Shown here: positions 1-13,410 of the stretch, piece after piece
Numbering within the stretch: the first letter of the stretch is position 1
How the letters are laid out: every line of letters starts with the position of its first letter
Assembly (NCBI GenBank): GCA_002269645.1
Contig: NIVC01000382.1
Coordinates: 62,001 to 126,000, forward strand
Direction of reading: 5' to 3'
DNA: 64,000 nucleotides
Origin: Macrostomum lignano
Taxonomy: Eukaryota
Notes under the pieces: model-generated
The model's input: the letters and a program-made list of their open reading frames with translations, nothing else
Databases searched by the model: none
Told to the model about the DNA's origin: nothing
Made by a program: the position numbers and the translations under genes

Positions 1-497
1 TTCAAATAAATAAGTTACTTAATTCTTTTACCTTATGCTTACATTCAGTTAGTATTTTTTGCATACAAGTTTTTACTTATTATTTTTCACTCTTTTATCG
101 CTGAATGGCTTAGAATGACCCTGATCTTTGTCGGCTGAAAAGATAGAAAAGCCTTAAAGACCTGCATTATTTTGAAGTCTGTTTTCTGAGAAAGGCAAAA
201 ATTCCTGTATTTTCTGTGTTAACGCTGACTAATTAAGGCTTATTAACAATTACATGTATCAATTAATTTTTAATCAACTTAACAAAATTAAGAGTTAAAA
301 ATAAGTTACGATTTTTTGTTTTAACGCTAACGCTTTCACCAAGATAACGGAATGATCGAAGGTGTGGGCAATTTGGGACACACGATTTTGTCGTCGGTTG
401 CTGACACCAATGTGGAAGCGGTTTTGAAACTTTGGAATTGCTGCCTGGGTTGAGTTTGCTCGCTTAAACCGGAAAATCGCACTGTCGAATCTCCGCC

Positions 498-963
498 GAA
501 TTCCGGTTGTTTCGCCCCCAGACCATTTCGCCCATAATCTGTTTCGCCCATAAACCAGTTCGGCAATGCAGGCGTTTCGGCCAAAATGGTCATTATGTAT
601 TTTAGAGACACAGAAATACATATATCTTTATTTTTTTCAATGCTAATTTTTAGTTTTAATTTGTATTATTGAGTATAGGTCATGCGGATTGTTGGTGTTT
701 TAGCCCTGGAAGTGGGGGTGGCTGCTTATTGAACCTCGCTTATAATAAATCGTATCGTTGGTTGTCAGTGCTCTTGGCACTTTCGTCTCATTTCACATAC
801 TCGATCAGCTCATGACTTGTTCATTTCAACCCTGCATGGTCCGAATTGGAGGCGAAACGGTCCATGGCCGAAACGGTCTGTGGGCGAAACGGTCTGTGGG
901 CGAAATGGTCTGGGGGCGAAATGTCCATGGCCGAAACGGTTTTTGGGCGAAACGACCGGTTAC
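498..963. mobile_element. MITE-like element with subterminal tandem GGGCGAAA(C/T)GG repeats
   Basis: Left arm has gaattccggttgtttcgccc... with repeated tttcgccc units (498-590). Right arm has repeated gggcgaaacggtctgt units ending in gggcgaaacgaccggttacc (850-963). The arms are imperfect inverted copies. No TSD resolved. Confidence 0.6.
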
Positions 964-3165
964 CGTTCCGCCGGGTCGCAACGACTGCCGATTAAATTCC
1001 GATCAGATTCCAATCGAATTCAATTCTAACTTCAATTCAAATTGAAAAATTGAAGAATTCAAAAACCCTTTTTTACTGGGTTACGGTTTCAGCAAACTAC
1101 TATTCACAGTAAAAAATTCGATAAATTAGTTTATTTTGTCTCCCCGTATCGGCGACGATTTCTGCATTCAGAGGGCCTATAGGAAGCTATATATTCCACT
1201 TTTAATCTAGAGAAAATCATGTCGTGATGGCAGTCGACATGCTATACTGTCCGATCTTATCGTAAGAAAGTTGTACCTTTTCACCCGATTTCATCGGTGC
1301 CAGATTGACGGAAAAACTAGACCGCTCAGCTGCGACCACAGCTACCCTCCCCCTGAGCCTGAGGAACTCAGCAGACGGAGCTCCCCTTTTATCGGCATCC
1401 TAGATCTTCGCCCGAGTTTGTTTAAATCGTCAGGAACGGCACTGTTTTGAACGGCCGAAAAGCTACGCGCTCAATTCAGAGCTCGCAAAGAAATCAGATC
1501 GACCGGACAACAAGGTCTCCCAATGCTGAATTTTTCTGCCCCCCCCCCCCCTCGGCAGCCTGCAGCTCTTATGACTGTGAGTGCCTGTGTTTGCTTATTT
1601 ATTGTGTCAAATAGTTTCGAGCTGTTTGATACATTTTAATATTAAGTTACATAGGCCTAGTTATACTTATATTTATAGTTAGGCCCTAGTTATAGCTATT
1701 TTTTGCTATTACTTATGCGCCCATGAAAAATTGAAAAATAATAAAAAAATGCATGTAATAAGCCTAATACATGTAATATAGCCTTAGGTGCATAAGTTTT
1801 CTATGCATATGCCTTTCCCTATAGTGTACAGTATAAATTAGTTTTTATTTTTCTAATGTCATTAACTCCTTTATTAGACTTACTATCTATACTATACTAG
1901 GCCTAGCCTAACTTAACTTGACTTGACTTGTACCTGCTAGAGCAAGTTTTTTATCTTTATATTTCTTGGTTTGTATTAGAATTACTAATTATAGAGACAA
2001 AAAAGATATCAATGAAAATGAATTATGCATAGGCCTAGCCTATCATTCATTATTCATAACATGGGTCATGGGGTTTATGCCAATGTAAATTTTTCTGAAA
2101 TGCATTTGGTTTAGCATGCATTGTATACATTTAGTTCTAGGATAAATTCCTTTGTGCACTCAAAATTATTGAGAGTATAGACTTATCTTAGTTAGTCCCA
2201 TAGTCTGGATCATGGCAGGCGTACGCCAGAATGAAATTTCATGTTTTTTCAATTTTACGCCGACGTAAACCAAAAAAAAATTTTACGCCAAGAATAAAGT
2301 TGCTTGTACTAGGCATTCTGGTGAGGGTCACGTGACCTGTGCGTGCCGAGCAAAATCTGCTAAAAAGAGCTAAATGATACCAACTTCATATGATAAAAAA
2401 ACTAGAAAACCAAGAGAGTTAAGAAAAACGGAAATATATGTCCTGAAGAGAGAGATTTAAGCTTTAATTTGAGACTACTTGGAGGTTCCTACAATGTCAA
2501 ATAGTGAAGCTACGGTAATTTGAAAAACAAACAAATTCACCATGCTTTGGAAACTGTGACAACACGGGAAAATTAAGTGACCGACAGAAATTTGAATTGC
2601 ATCAAAACGAGTGCTTTTTTGATAAGCGGTTTTCAGTAAAACAAAGATTAATAGTTACGGAATATATTTCTTCTGCAATGCAAAGAAAATTGAGATATTT
2701 TTCTTCTATAAATATTAGTCCAAAGTCTTGAACTAAAATTTTTGACTCGAAACAAGACTGGTGACAGGGTGGTGACACGATGTTTTTTACGTAGGATTTC
2801 ATGGTGAATAAGATGCAAAAATAATTTTGGAGCTATCTTAACGCGCAACAACGCGCGACTGATTCAAAGTAAACCACCCTACGTTGCATTTCAGACCACC
2901 CTGGCCCTGGATCCGGTAGCACAACCATTGATCAACTCGTGTGCAGCATCTTTCTCCAATTTGCATTGTAATCATATTTATCAATTTGTGCACATTGCTT
3001 GACTGTGACACTTTTAATTTCGATTTCGATACGTATGTATACAGATATAGACACACTGTCATATATGAATATCTGTGAGTCTTATTTATTTTCACATTAC
3101 TTGCTCACTCGGCAAGCACACACGTTGCTGGCTCAGCTGTATGACAACAAGTTACTGCACTACAT

Positions 3166-3167
<2 letters not shown>

Positions 3168-3210
<43 letters not shown>
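3168..3210. repeat. (AT)n microsatellite
   Basis: Perfect AT run. Confidence 0.95.
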
Positions 3211-3217
<7 letters not shown>

Positions 3218-3703
3218 CACCAGCATACCAGCATTAAAGTAACATTCGACAAAATGACATGAAAAATGTAGCGAGTGGCCAGCAGTAAGTAGCAAGTAAC
3301 AACAGGACATTGCGATTGCTGTTGATGTTTTTTTGCATTGTTTAAATACTTGGCCTGATGAGGCCATTTTGGACCTCTTAGAGTTCGATCATATGCAAGA
3401 AGTTATCATCACAATGCAAAAGAACGCTGATGCAATAATCTTTAAACTATGGTATACAGAGAACTATGCCAACTGTGCCTTATATGTACAGCTTGCAACT
3501 TGGTTATATACTGCTGGCAACTGGCATGTAGAGGGCATGAATGCTAGAAAAAAAATACAACAACAATTAGCAGGTCTTTGTTTGTCTGGTAATTGTATGG
3601 TGTCAATAAGTGAGGCTGGGGGCAGTGTGTGTGGGAGGCAGTGTGTGTGGGAGGTTAGAATGCAGGCGTCACGCAAAACAATCAATTGGAATCAATCAAT
3701 GAA

Positions 3704-6700
3704 TCAATCGGAGAGAACATTGAGTGTGGACCCCAGCCAATCTTTATACAGATCGTACTCAAAGTGCTCGTTGGGGTAGTTGTCGAAGACAATTGTGAAC
3801 CGGCGGTCCAGAAAGTCCCGGCTACCACGGGCTGCTGGGAGCTGCCGTACAACAGCACCCTCCTCCCACTGGTCCCCATCAGTGTAGCTGAAGAGTACTT
3901 CAACTCTCGTGCCGACAAGCTCCGGGATGTTGCTCAGTGTGCGTTGCACGTCCTCCTCATTGTGTACCACACGATCGCTGTCAGTCTCCTTTTCACGACC
4001 ACGACCTTCAGTTTGCTGCCGCTGTCCGCGATTCGGTCTGTTTGGCTGCCGGGGAGCAGGAGGTTGCAGCTTCTTTGCCACGAGCTCGCTGATCTTCGCT
4101 GCACAGTTGGCAGTTGGGAGAATTTCGCCCTCGGCCTCAGTGACTACCTCTGACTCGGCGTTGGTCTTGGCATCTGATGCGCTGACGATGGTGATGAGCT
4201 CGGAGACTTGCTCCTGGAGCTGCTTCAGCGTACGCTTGACGCCACGTGAGCTGAAGTTGAGCAGGCCACTCTTGCCAGCCGGCAGCGGAGTCTCTGTGTT
4301 GAAAAAAAGTTGAGAGTAATAACATCTATTGTATTTGTATGCAACTTGCAAGTGTAACTGTAAGTTTTTAAACATCTAACTGCAACATTGCATTGACAGA
4401 GCAGAATTTTATTTACTCATTGCTCGATGAAGGCGCAACTGGGCCTTCAGAGCCAGCTCCAGCTCAGTCGATGGGAGAGCCTCTGCAGTCTGCACCAACT
4501 GCTGCTCAGTCGCCCAAAGTCCACCATAGTCGCCGGCCTCGCGGTACACCTTCCGGAGATTACGCGCTCGGGCCTCCTCCTTGTTCTGCTTTGTGGCAAA
4601 GCGCTGCTGCAGAATAGCCTGGCGGTACTCCTTGATCACCTGGCCTTGATCACGCCACCGCTTCTCCAGCTTCTGGGACATGGCCCGAGCTCGGTCAAAA
4701 AGAGTGTTGCGCTCCTGCGTCGACTTCTCACTCAGCCAACTGGCGGTTGCATTCTGGCCAAAGATGACAAGCGACTCTCTTGCGAGCGGCCGCATATTCG
4801 GCTTGTCACGGATGCCGTAGTCAAGCTTGCCGAATGCACGCTCTCCGGACACATTGTCCTTCGGTGCTGAGGCAGCAAGCTGAGCGTCCTTGTCCGAAAG
4901 ATTGCGAAGGAGGCCTCCAGGCAAATGGTCGCTCACCTCGCGCTCGACAAGGATGGCCATGAATGCACACATAGTCTGAAATGAGAAAATAAAGAGAAAA
5001 TAACATTTTCGTGAGACACACGCAATAATAATCGTATTTGTAGACTGTATTATTTTTTATGTTTGTGAGGCCATCTGTGAGCATTCTTTCAAATGGCATG
5101 CATACACGCAGGTTTCCATTAATTCACTATGCAATCATTCAGCAGTACAGCAATCCAGGTATATAAACCAACCTTCACTGCCTGGGAAGTCAGGACGTTG
5201 TCTGCCTCCAGCAGCTCCTCGGACGTGACGCACTCCCAGATGGCCTGGGCCTCTGCACCAAGTAAAACTTGCGGCATCAGCTCGGGAAAAGGACCAGATG
5301 TTGACTGCGTTGTGTCGAAGTCAGGTGCCAGAGCAATGGAGCGCAGCCATTGGCAGAGAACTTCGTACTTCTCGTTCATGTCGACAATCGAGACACGTTT
5401 GCTACGTAGCAGCAACCAGAGAGGCCGGAGCAGGATGAGGTCGAGGAACCCTAGAGCTCGACAGCCAGCCAGGAGGACTCGAGAGCTGATGTCTGCCTGA
5501 ACAGCAAACAGCAGGCGGTTGCTGGCGGGATACTGCACCAGAAACTGTGCGATGTCCTCGCGCTGCCAGAACAGGCTGCCGCCATTGGGAAACAGAACAT
5601 AAGCCCTGTGAATTGTTGGAAAAAAAAAACAGCTTTTTCACATAAGACTTTTTCATATCTTTTTCACGTAAGAACCTTTTTACATCAGTATAAGTACTAA
5701 AGTAGTACGAAACATTACCTACTTAAACAGTACACAAAAAATAAAAACTTACCTGTTGCCACGAAAGTCCTCCATGGTGAACCTTCCTCTGGGTCTCGAA
5801 CTCATGAATGCCTCGAAAGGCCCAGCAACGCCACACTGCTCGTTGCCATTCCGGTGAAGCGCCTTGCAGGCTGTGCGCACCAGGCGCTGTGTGCCAGACT
5901 CGGTCTTTGATGGGTGAAAACCTGGCAAAGCGGCAGCCCCAATTGGTGCAACAGACACGCAGGCTTCAAATTCACGCAGCGCAGACTCAGAAGCAGCTGC
6001 CAGGTTAACAATGAGATGCATGCCGCAGTACAACGGTACCACTGGCTCTGGAGCATCTTCGCCGACCTGATCAGCTAGGGCGGTTCGCATCTCATCCAGC
6101 ATCACACGCAGGCTGCGGTTCACCACGTGACGGTCCGTCATGATGAACCGGAGTCGCAGAAGAAGCGTCGCCTTCAGCTGGAGCCGTTCTTCGGCACTGG
6201 ACGCCGGCAGCTTCAGTGCCACGTATGCGTCAATCATGTCGTCGACGGCACCGTCAAGTTCGCGTGCGTACATTGCAGCCGTACCGCCCTCCACCTCGCG
6301 AACGCCGAGAGTGTACTGGCGACCGTCACCAGTGTCAACCTGTCATTGTAAAAGTTGGAAAAGGAAATGAAAATAAAATGGAGGACAGAAACTCTAAAAG
6401 TTGATCAGGACTATAAAAAACAAAAAAGTTGCTGACAGCTGTCAATTAAATTCAAATGCTAATCCACTATTCAGTTGCCCTGATCAGTGATCACAGCAAA
6501 AGTACAACACTAACCTCATATTCTGCGAAGTGGAGGCCCTTCTTCGACGTCCCGTCGGTCTTCAGTGACGTGCCTCGGTCGTCAGCGACCGCCCCCAGAA
6601 TCTCCTCCATCGCTGCGGTCTTGGCGAGGGTGTTGCCAACTGCATAGGTTATCATGCTGATGTGCGATGGACATGGCAGGAGAAGGTTGGCAACGTTAAA

Positions 6701-8035
6701 TTCGGCAATAGTCCCAAGGACTGTGCGGATGGCGCAAGGCACGTGTTTAACTGGCACATGGTTCGCCAGCACCAAGTGCACACATGCTTCGATCACTGGG
6801 CGCGTGTACCGACGCCCACCGAGAGCCTGGCAGCCTTCATCAGCTGGGCGGGTCTCCATCGTCGCAATGACGTGTGGTTTAGGCTGCTGAGCTTGCAGTA
6901 GCTTCTCATTGGCCTCACCAAGCGCAATATGCACCTTGCGTATGTCATTCCGAAGTGCTGAAATTGTTGATCTGGCAAACTTCAGCCTGCGCTCGATGCC
7001 CAGAAAGCGCTGCACCTGCCGTCTCAGCTCCTTGAGCTGCACTTCGAGTGTTGTGTTCAGCCGGCGAAGCCGGCCAAATGCATGAGCAGTCACCACGTCA
7101 TGCGAATTTTTTGCCGCTTGGCGCTGCGCAGTTCCAGCGGCCGCCATTGCAGTGGCAGCCTGACACTTGGCAGAATGCAGGCGGTCTTGGTACCTCTTCA
7201 GGCGCTGCTTCAACACTCGCGCTGTTGGCCGTCGTTGCAGCGCACCTCTTAGACGTGCAATCTCGCCATCCTTCTGCTCGACCACCTTGAGGAGCTTGGC
7301 GACCTCAGACGAAAGATCGAAGCTTGCAGACTGTAGTGTAGAAAACAGTTTTAAATGGGTAGGGTCTCAGAGCATCAGTAGTTCACTGTTCAAAATCAGG
7401 AGCCATTTTTATTAATTAATTATTTAAGTAAAGTCTATTATTATTGAAGTGGAAAGAATTACCTTTGCACCTGACAGTTCTTGTGCCAGCATCTCCGACG
7501 ACAAATCCAGCCGCTGTCGCTTAATCAACAGCGCTGGACTGGCACATGACGTTGATCTTCTTGGTGTTGCCTCGTCAGCGGCAGTGCCAGGCAGCAGCAC
7601 ACGAAGTTGGCAAGGAGTGCTGACTGTGGCAACATCAGCAGCACTGCTTACAGTGACAGCTGCAGTGTCAGCTCCGACACTGCCACTGGTGGATGACGCT
7701 GGAGGACCAGCACCAGAGCCTGAGGGCAAGGCTGCAGATGGCCCAGGTTGTGCAGCAGCTGCTGGCATTGACACAGTCAGAAATGGGCTGTCCAGCAATG
7801 CTTGAACTTCAGCAGCCCCTCGCTGTCCATTCTTCTTGAGCCTGGCGAGCTGGACCTTCAGGCGCTGGATGCGCTTCACAACCGAGTTGGGCTTCACAGC
7901 ACCGCCACCAGTCTCGCCACTGATGCCAAGCATCTGAAGAAGCATCTCCAGGTTGCTGCACTTGAGAACATCCAGTGCAGCTTGTACAGTAACCTGGCCC
8001 TGGGTTAGCTGGTTAGCTGACTCAGAGTCAGACAT
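3704..8035 (-). CDS. Spliced DDE transposase with CxxH motif and C-terminal Spindlin-like Tudor domain (copy A, ~1185 aa, intact)
   Basis: Inferred exons 8035-7463, 7330-6515, 6339-5753, 5605-5173, 4975-4417, 4293-3704. All have GT/AG sites and total 3558 nt in frame. Motifs: LKTDGTSKKG (D1), FIMTDRHVVN (D2), YCGMH (CxxH), KDNVSGERAFG (E), and a C-terminal LVGTRVEVLF..QWEEGAV..FTIVFD..YDLYKDW. Confidence 0.85.
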
Positions 8036-8711
8036 GGTGATTGAATATTGACGAAGTTAAAATCGGAATTCAGCTGTAATGAAGACAAGAACTGGTTCAA
8101 TGAGTACTTTCATTATACTATTTTCAATTGACATGTCAATGTGACCATAACTATATCCTGAGTACTATGTCCAAGCTGCACTTGAGTTATATTGCCTATG
8201 GATGTGTATAAGTATATTATTAATCAAATAATTCATTTATTACACATTAATTCACTAATTAATTCATTAATTAATAATTATCTAATGCATTAATTAAAGG
8301 TATTAATGCACTCTAGAAGGAACTTGTAAGGCTGAGATGATAGAAATATAAAAAGTAGGTAAAAAATCCAATAAAAAATCGTACACATTCTTTATAAATC
8401 ATTTTTTCTCCACAAATATCAATGTTATGTCATATTTCCCAGTAGTTTATTTATAACAAAATTTAAACCAAACAACATTCACATAATCATTGTATAGAAT
8501 GAGAAAGAAGCAAAAAAATGACACCTTGCTGAAAAAAAATCATCTAGTAGAAAAAAAGTTATGCCAATTTAAAGTAAAAAAATGTGATAGTTTCGTGAAA
8601 AAGTGTCACAGAGCCTTATGGGAAAAATACATTACAAAGGGGACAAAAAATAAAAAAATTAAAATGTCATAACTTTTTTATTATTTGACCAATTTTCAAA
8701 AATGAGGTGTC

Positions 8712-11700
8712 CTTTTACTCAGGCTCATGATCTGGCTCGTTGGATGGGCCGGCTGCCTCCTGACCACCCTCGTGCTGGCGCGGGGGCCGACCACGGTTCG
8801 TTCGGGCTGCCACAGGCTTCGGTGTTGGTGGCTGCAATTTCTGCACAATCAACTCTTCCACCTTAGCACTGCACTCCTCCGGTGGGAGCAGCTGGCTAGC
8901 GACCAACGGTGTGGGCAGCTGAGCAGCTGCAGCGTCCGCAGTGGCCACGATGTCCACCAGCTCCAGAACCTGGCTCCGAAGCTGGGCGGTGGTCCGCTTC
9001 ACTCCCCGCTGAGAGAACAGCAGCAAGGTACTCTTCCCGGCAGGCAGTGGAGTCTCTGTGAAATCAAATCATTGGGAAAAGGACGTAACATAAGGGGGGC
9101 ATGTGTATATAAGGGGCCGTACATGTGTGATCACACTTAAATTTGAAAGAAAAGTTCACTTACTCATGGCCTTGTGCAGCCGCAGCTGGGCCTTCAAGGC
9201 CAGCTCCAACTGGCCAGCTGAAAGATTGGCCGTGGCAGCCTCCAGCTGAGCACTGCTGGACCACAGGCCACCGAAGTCGCCGGCCTCGCAGACACGAAGG
9301 CGCAGGTTTCTGGAGCGCGCCTCCTCCTTGCGCCTCTCATTCTCCAGGCGCTGCTGCAGCAGCAGCAGTTGCTGTTGCTTGGTTGCTGCAGCGTGGGCGG
9401 CAGCCTGCCTCTCCATCTTCGGGGCCAAGGCACGCGCTCTAGTGATGAGCACGGCTCGCTCTTCAGCGGACTTGGTCTTCAGCCAGCTGGAGGTGCAATT
9501 CTGACCAAAGAGGACCAGGGCCTCTCTGGCCAGCGACCGCATGTGTGGCTTGTCACGAATGCCGTGATCCAGGATGCCGAAGACTCGCTCCCCGGACACG
9601 TTGTCCTTCGGAGCTGCGGCCGCCAGCTGGGTGTCCTCTGTCGAGAGCGCACGGAGTTGGCCCCCAGGCAGGTGGTCGTGCACCTCCCGCTCAGCCAGGG
9701 TGACCATGAAGGCACACATGATCTGGTGAAGAGGAAATGGCAAGTATGAAAGTACTTGTTAACAAGGCTTGATAGACAAAGGTGCAAAAGGCCATTTCAA
9801 TTCAGAATCAAGCATTGAATGTAGAATACACTCACCTTAACTGCCTGGGATGCCAGAAAAGTGTCTGTCTCTGCCGAGTCCTCCGATGTCAGGCAGTGCC
9901 AGACGGCCTGCGCCTTGGCGTCCTCTCGCAGGATCTTCTCCATGAGCTCCGGGAAGGGCCCTGTTGTCGACTCCGTGATGTCGAACCTCTGCGCTGTCGC
10001 GACGGAGCGGAGCCACTGACACAGGGTCTCATAGTGACCGTTCATGTCAAGGATGGTGACATCTGTCCGCCGAAGCAGCAGCCACAGAGGCCGCACCAAC
10101 AGGAGGTCCAGCAGGCCAAGCGCACGACAGCCGGACAGCAGGACGCGAGACGTGACGTCCGCCTGCACTGCGAGAAGCAACCGGTTGCTCACCTGGTATT
10201 GAGCCATAAAGGTTGCTATCGTCTAGCACTGCAGGAAGAGCAAGCCGCCATTCGGGAACACGACATATGCTCTATTGCCGCGGAATTCCTCCATGTGGAA
10301 CTTAGGCAGGCCCTGGCTCCTCAGGTAGGCGGCGAACGGACTGGCCACGCCACACTGCTCGTCGCCATTCGGATGCAGTGCCTTGCAAGCCGTCCGTATG
10401 AGCCGCTGCGTGCCGGACTCCGCCTTGGATGGACGGAAGCCGGGAAGAGCAGCGGCACCAACTGGAGCTGCAGTGACGCACCCCTCCCACTTGCGCAGGG
10501 CGGCTTCGACAGCGGCGGCCAAGTTCACGATCAAGTGCATGCCGCAGAACAGCGGGATGATGGGCTGCGGCGTAGGCGACTCAATCTCGCTCGCCATCGA
10601 CACCCGCATCTCGTCGAGGAGTAGCCGGAGGCTGCGGTTCACAACGTGGCGATCAGTCATGATGAAGCGCAGCCGCAGCAGTAGGTTAGCCTTCAGCTGG
10701 CGACGCTCCTCTGCACTGGAGAGTGGCAGCGTGAGCGCGGCGTATGAGTCGATGACCGTGTCGATCGTGCCATCAAGCTCACGGGCGTACATGGCCGCCG
10801 TGCCGCCCTCTACCAGCCGGACGCCCAGAGTGAAGGTCTGGCTACTGCCAGTGCTCACCTGTCAGTGGTGAAAAAATGGTAAGTTCAACCTGAGCTGCAT
10901 CCATAAGCTTTTCTACACTTTTCATACAATTTTTTTAATACTGAATTTGTGAATTACCTGGTACTCCGCGTAGTGTACGCCCTTTTTCGATGTTCCATCG
11001 GTCCCGAATGTCAGGGGCCGGTTTGAGTTGGCCGTCTCGAGGATGCCCTCCAATGCCGCCGTCTTCGCCAGGCTGTTGCCCACACCGTAGCTGATCAAGG
11101 CCACCATTGCAGTGGAGGGCAGCCACAGGTTTTCAACCTGGAAGCCGCCAAGTGTGCCCAGTACGGTGCGGATGGCGCGTGACACGTGTGCCACAGGGAC
11201 GTGGCTCTCCAGCACGAGGTGCATGCACGTGTCCACCACTGGCTGGGTGAACTGCACGCCACCTACGCACCGGGCTTCACCCGTGACGATGGATGGCTGC
11301 TCCTGCTGGGCAGCGGTGGCGAAGCTCAGCTGGGTGTGCGCCAGCTGCAACTCCTGTCGCAGAGCAACCACCCACTTTTTTGCAGCAGTCAGCTGCTCAT
11401 TCAAGCGAAGCAGACGCCGCACCTCGTCACGAAGAAACCGGTTCTCCGCACTTAGTGCTGCGTTGCTTCGACGAAGACATCGCTGAGAGGCGACACTGAC
11501 GGCGCCAACAGCGCCTTCGTCGACAGCCGCCTGGGTACGGCAGGCCTCAGCGACAGAGGCTTGAGCTTGCGCCCGTGCAACTTGCAGCCGCAGGTTGCAG
11601 CGTCGCAGACGTTGCACCCACACGCGGGTAGGCGGCCTCCGAGCTAGTCGCTGCCTCAGGAGTGCCACCTCCTTGTCCTTCTGAGCGACAACCTTGGTCA

Positions 11701-13050
11701 AGCTGTCGACCTCAGCGGCAAAGTCGGAGGCGGCGGCCTGGGTATCAGGTAAATGGGGAAAACATATAAGGGGCCATTTTTAATTAAAGGGACACCGAAG
11801 TCACTGAGCCATGCCAATTAGTTCACGTTCATTAAGTGACGTTCAGCCTATAAAATACTGCCTAGTCTAATGTCATTGGTAACTTACCTTGGCGCCTTGC
11901 AGCTCTTCGATGGAGCTGTCTTCAACTCGACGGCGCTTCCGGACTGGCGTCGCGCACTCGCCCCCGCTCTGGGCCTGTGCATTGGCATCCGCACCTGGCA
12001 TGCCGGCCACTGGTGTGCTGCACGATGATGGAGTCACAGGCAGAGCACCGCGGGCACAACCTTGAATGACAAAGGGGCTGGACAAGAACTCGTTGAAGTC
12101 CCTCTGGCGACTCTCGGTCTTCAGCTTTGAGAGCTTCGTGGCCTTTGCCCTGAGCTTTTGCAGCCTATTGAACAGATGCAGCTCAGTGACATTAGCCAGA
12201 AGGGCAGCTCCGATATGGGCACGCACAGCCCGCTGGCCATGCATGCCACCACCAGCAAAGACTTCCAGCACCTCCTTCACTGATGCCTGGTGTGTGTCAG
12301 CATCAGGAGGCTGGGTTGCCACATCTGTACCAGACTTGGTGGCCTGGGAGGTGCTCATGGCAAGAAGAGACAAGGTCAAACTCAAGAAGCAAAGCTTAGG
12401 TAGGCTAGCAGGCTAGCTCAGTCAGTAGCTGGAAGAAGAAAAAGGTCACAGCAGCATTATAAACTGATCAGTTTTGAGTTTGCATACTACTAAATTACTA
12501 CATACTAAACAGAGTCTACTGATTATGAAGTAAAAACATAATATGCCAAACATGTATTAATATGTCCTTCTGGAAATATAAGAAAGAATGACATATTGGA
12601 CACTAAATGTGGGCAAAATACAGAAAAGTTATGACTGGTCAAATTTTTTTATCCGCAAAATTCACAATTTTTGTAAATGATCCCTGAAAAAGAATGTCAT
12701 AAAATATAACAAAGGTACTGTATAATATAGACAATAGCATGTTCTAAAAGCCTGAAAAATTTGCAAAAAAATGACAAATTGTGCATAAAAATTGACCAAC
12801 TAAAAAAAAAGTTATAGATGTTTAAATAAAAAAAATGCTCTTTTTGATACCAAAATGATCACAGTCCCTTATGGGAAAAATGCATTACGAACCTAGACAA
12901 AATTTTTGACACAAAATGTGTCACAACTTTTTTATTATTTGACCAAATTTTATATGGGAGGTGTCAAAATGCTCATACAGGCATTATCTATCATATAAAG
13001 AAGAAAAAAAGACTAAATTCCAAATTTTCAAAATCTCATTAGAATGCCTA
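8712..13050 (-). mobile_element. hAT-like (hATw-type) transposon copy B, left ~2 kb deleted
   Basis: Ends ...ctcattagaatgcccta-like terminus (cattagaatgccta, reverse complement TAGGCATTCTAATGAG) at 13050. Subterminal block 12855-12975 is homologous to those of A and C. The left part, including the Tudor-coding region, is absent and abuts copy A. Confidence 0.8.
8715..12385 (-). pseudogene. Transposase copy B with in-frame stop and 3' truncation
   Basis: Inferred exons ~12385-11888, 11737-10958, 10858-9836, 9722-9164, 9055-8715. Motifs GTDGTSKKG, FIMTDRHVVN, FCGMH and KDNVSGERVFG are kept. An in-frame TAG at 10223-10225 (LQC*TIATF) sits where A has WQREDIAQF and C has WQSEVISSF. The Tudor domain is missing. 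Confidence 0.85.
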
Positions 13051-13088
13051 TTTTAAGTTTTAAGTTTAAGTTTTATACAATAAAAGTT

Positions 13089-13410
13089 CTACTCGTTCGC
13101 CGGAGCACCAATAAAAGAGCAGCGGCCCGTAGCGTGCTTTCGCTTGTCCACCACCTTACTGGTGGTGTACGGCGTTGCCCTGGACTGGGGATAAAAAAAA
13201 AACGGCACCCTGTGCGAGCGTAGGCCACGATTAGTATCGCTAGCGTGGTATAGCCGTGCAGCCTGGTCAAGGAAGCGCTTGCTAGCTTCACTGCCGACAG
13301 GGGCCAGGGTCCAGGCCAGCTTGGTCCGCAGCTGCAGGGTGTCGTTCGTCTGACCTCCCTGCTGCTGTTGCGAGCGCATCGTCGAATAGAATGTCTCGAC
13401 GATTGACTCT
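13089..13410 (-). CDS. Terminal exon of an unidentified gene, possibly the C-terminus of another hAT-like transposase
   Basis: GC-rich open frame (ESIVETFYSTMRSQQ...RKHATGRCSFIGAPANE*) preceded by a pyrimidine-rich acceptor ending attcaag. ESIVETFYS loosely resembles the hAT xxxERxFS catalytic-E motif. Upstream exons not found. Confidence 0.4.

Larger units (their letters stand above)
2310..8711 (-). mobile_element. hAT-like (hATw-type) DNA transposon copy A, right end truncated
   Basis: Begins TAGGCATTCTGGTGAGGG at 2310, matching the termini of copies B and C. Its conserved right subterminal block (8607-8711) stops at gaggtgtc, about 85 bp short of where the terminus lies in copy B. Confidence 0.8.

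Noticed and set aside
3333-3779. Second, convergent gene inside copy A
   Set aside because: No counterpart at the equivalent position in copy C and no recognisable motifs.
2303-13057. A+B as a single element with its own TSD
   Set aside because: The flanks cttgtac and ttttaag do not match at 7 or 8 bp.
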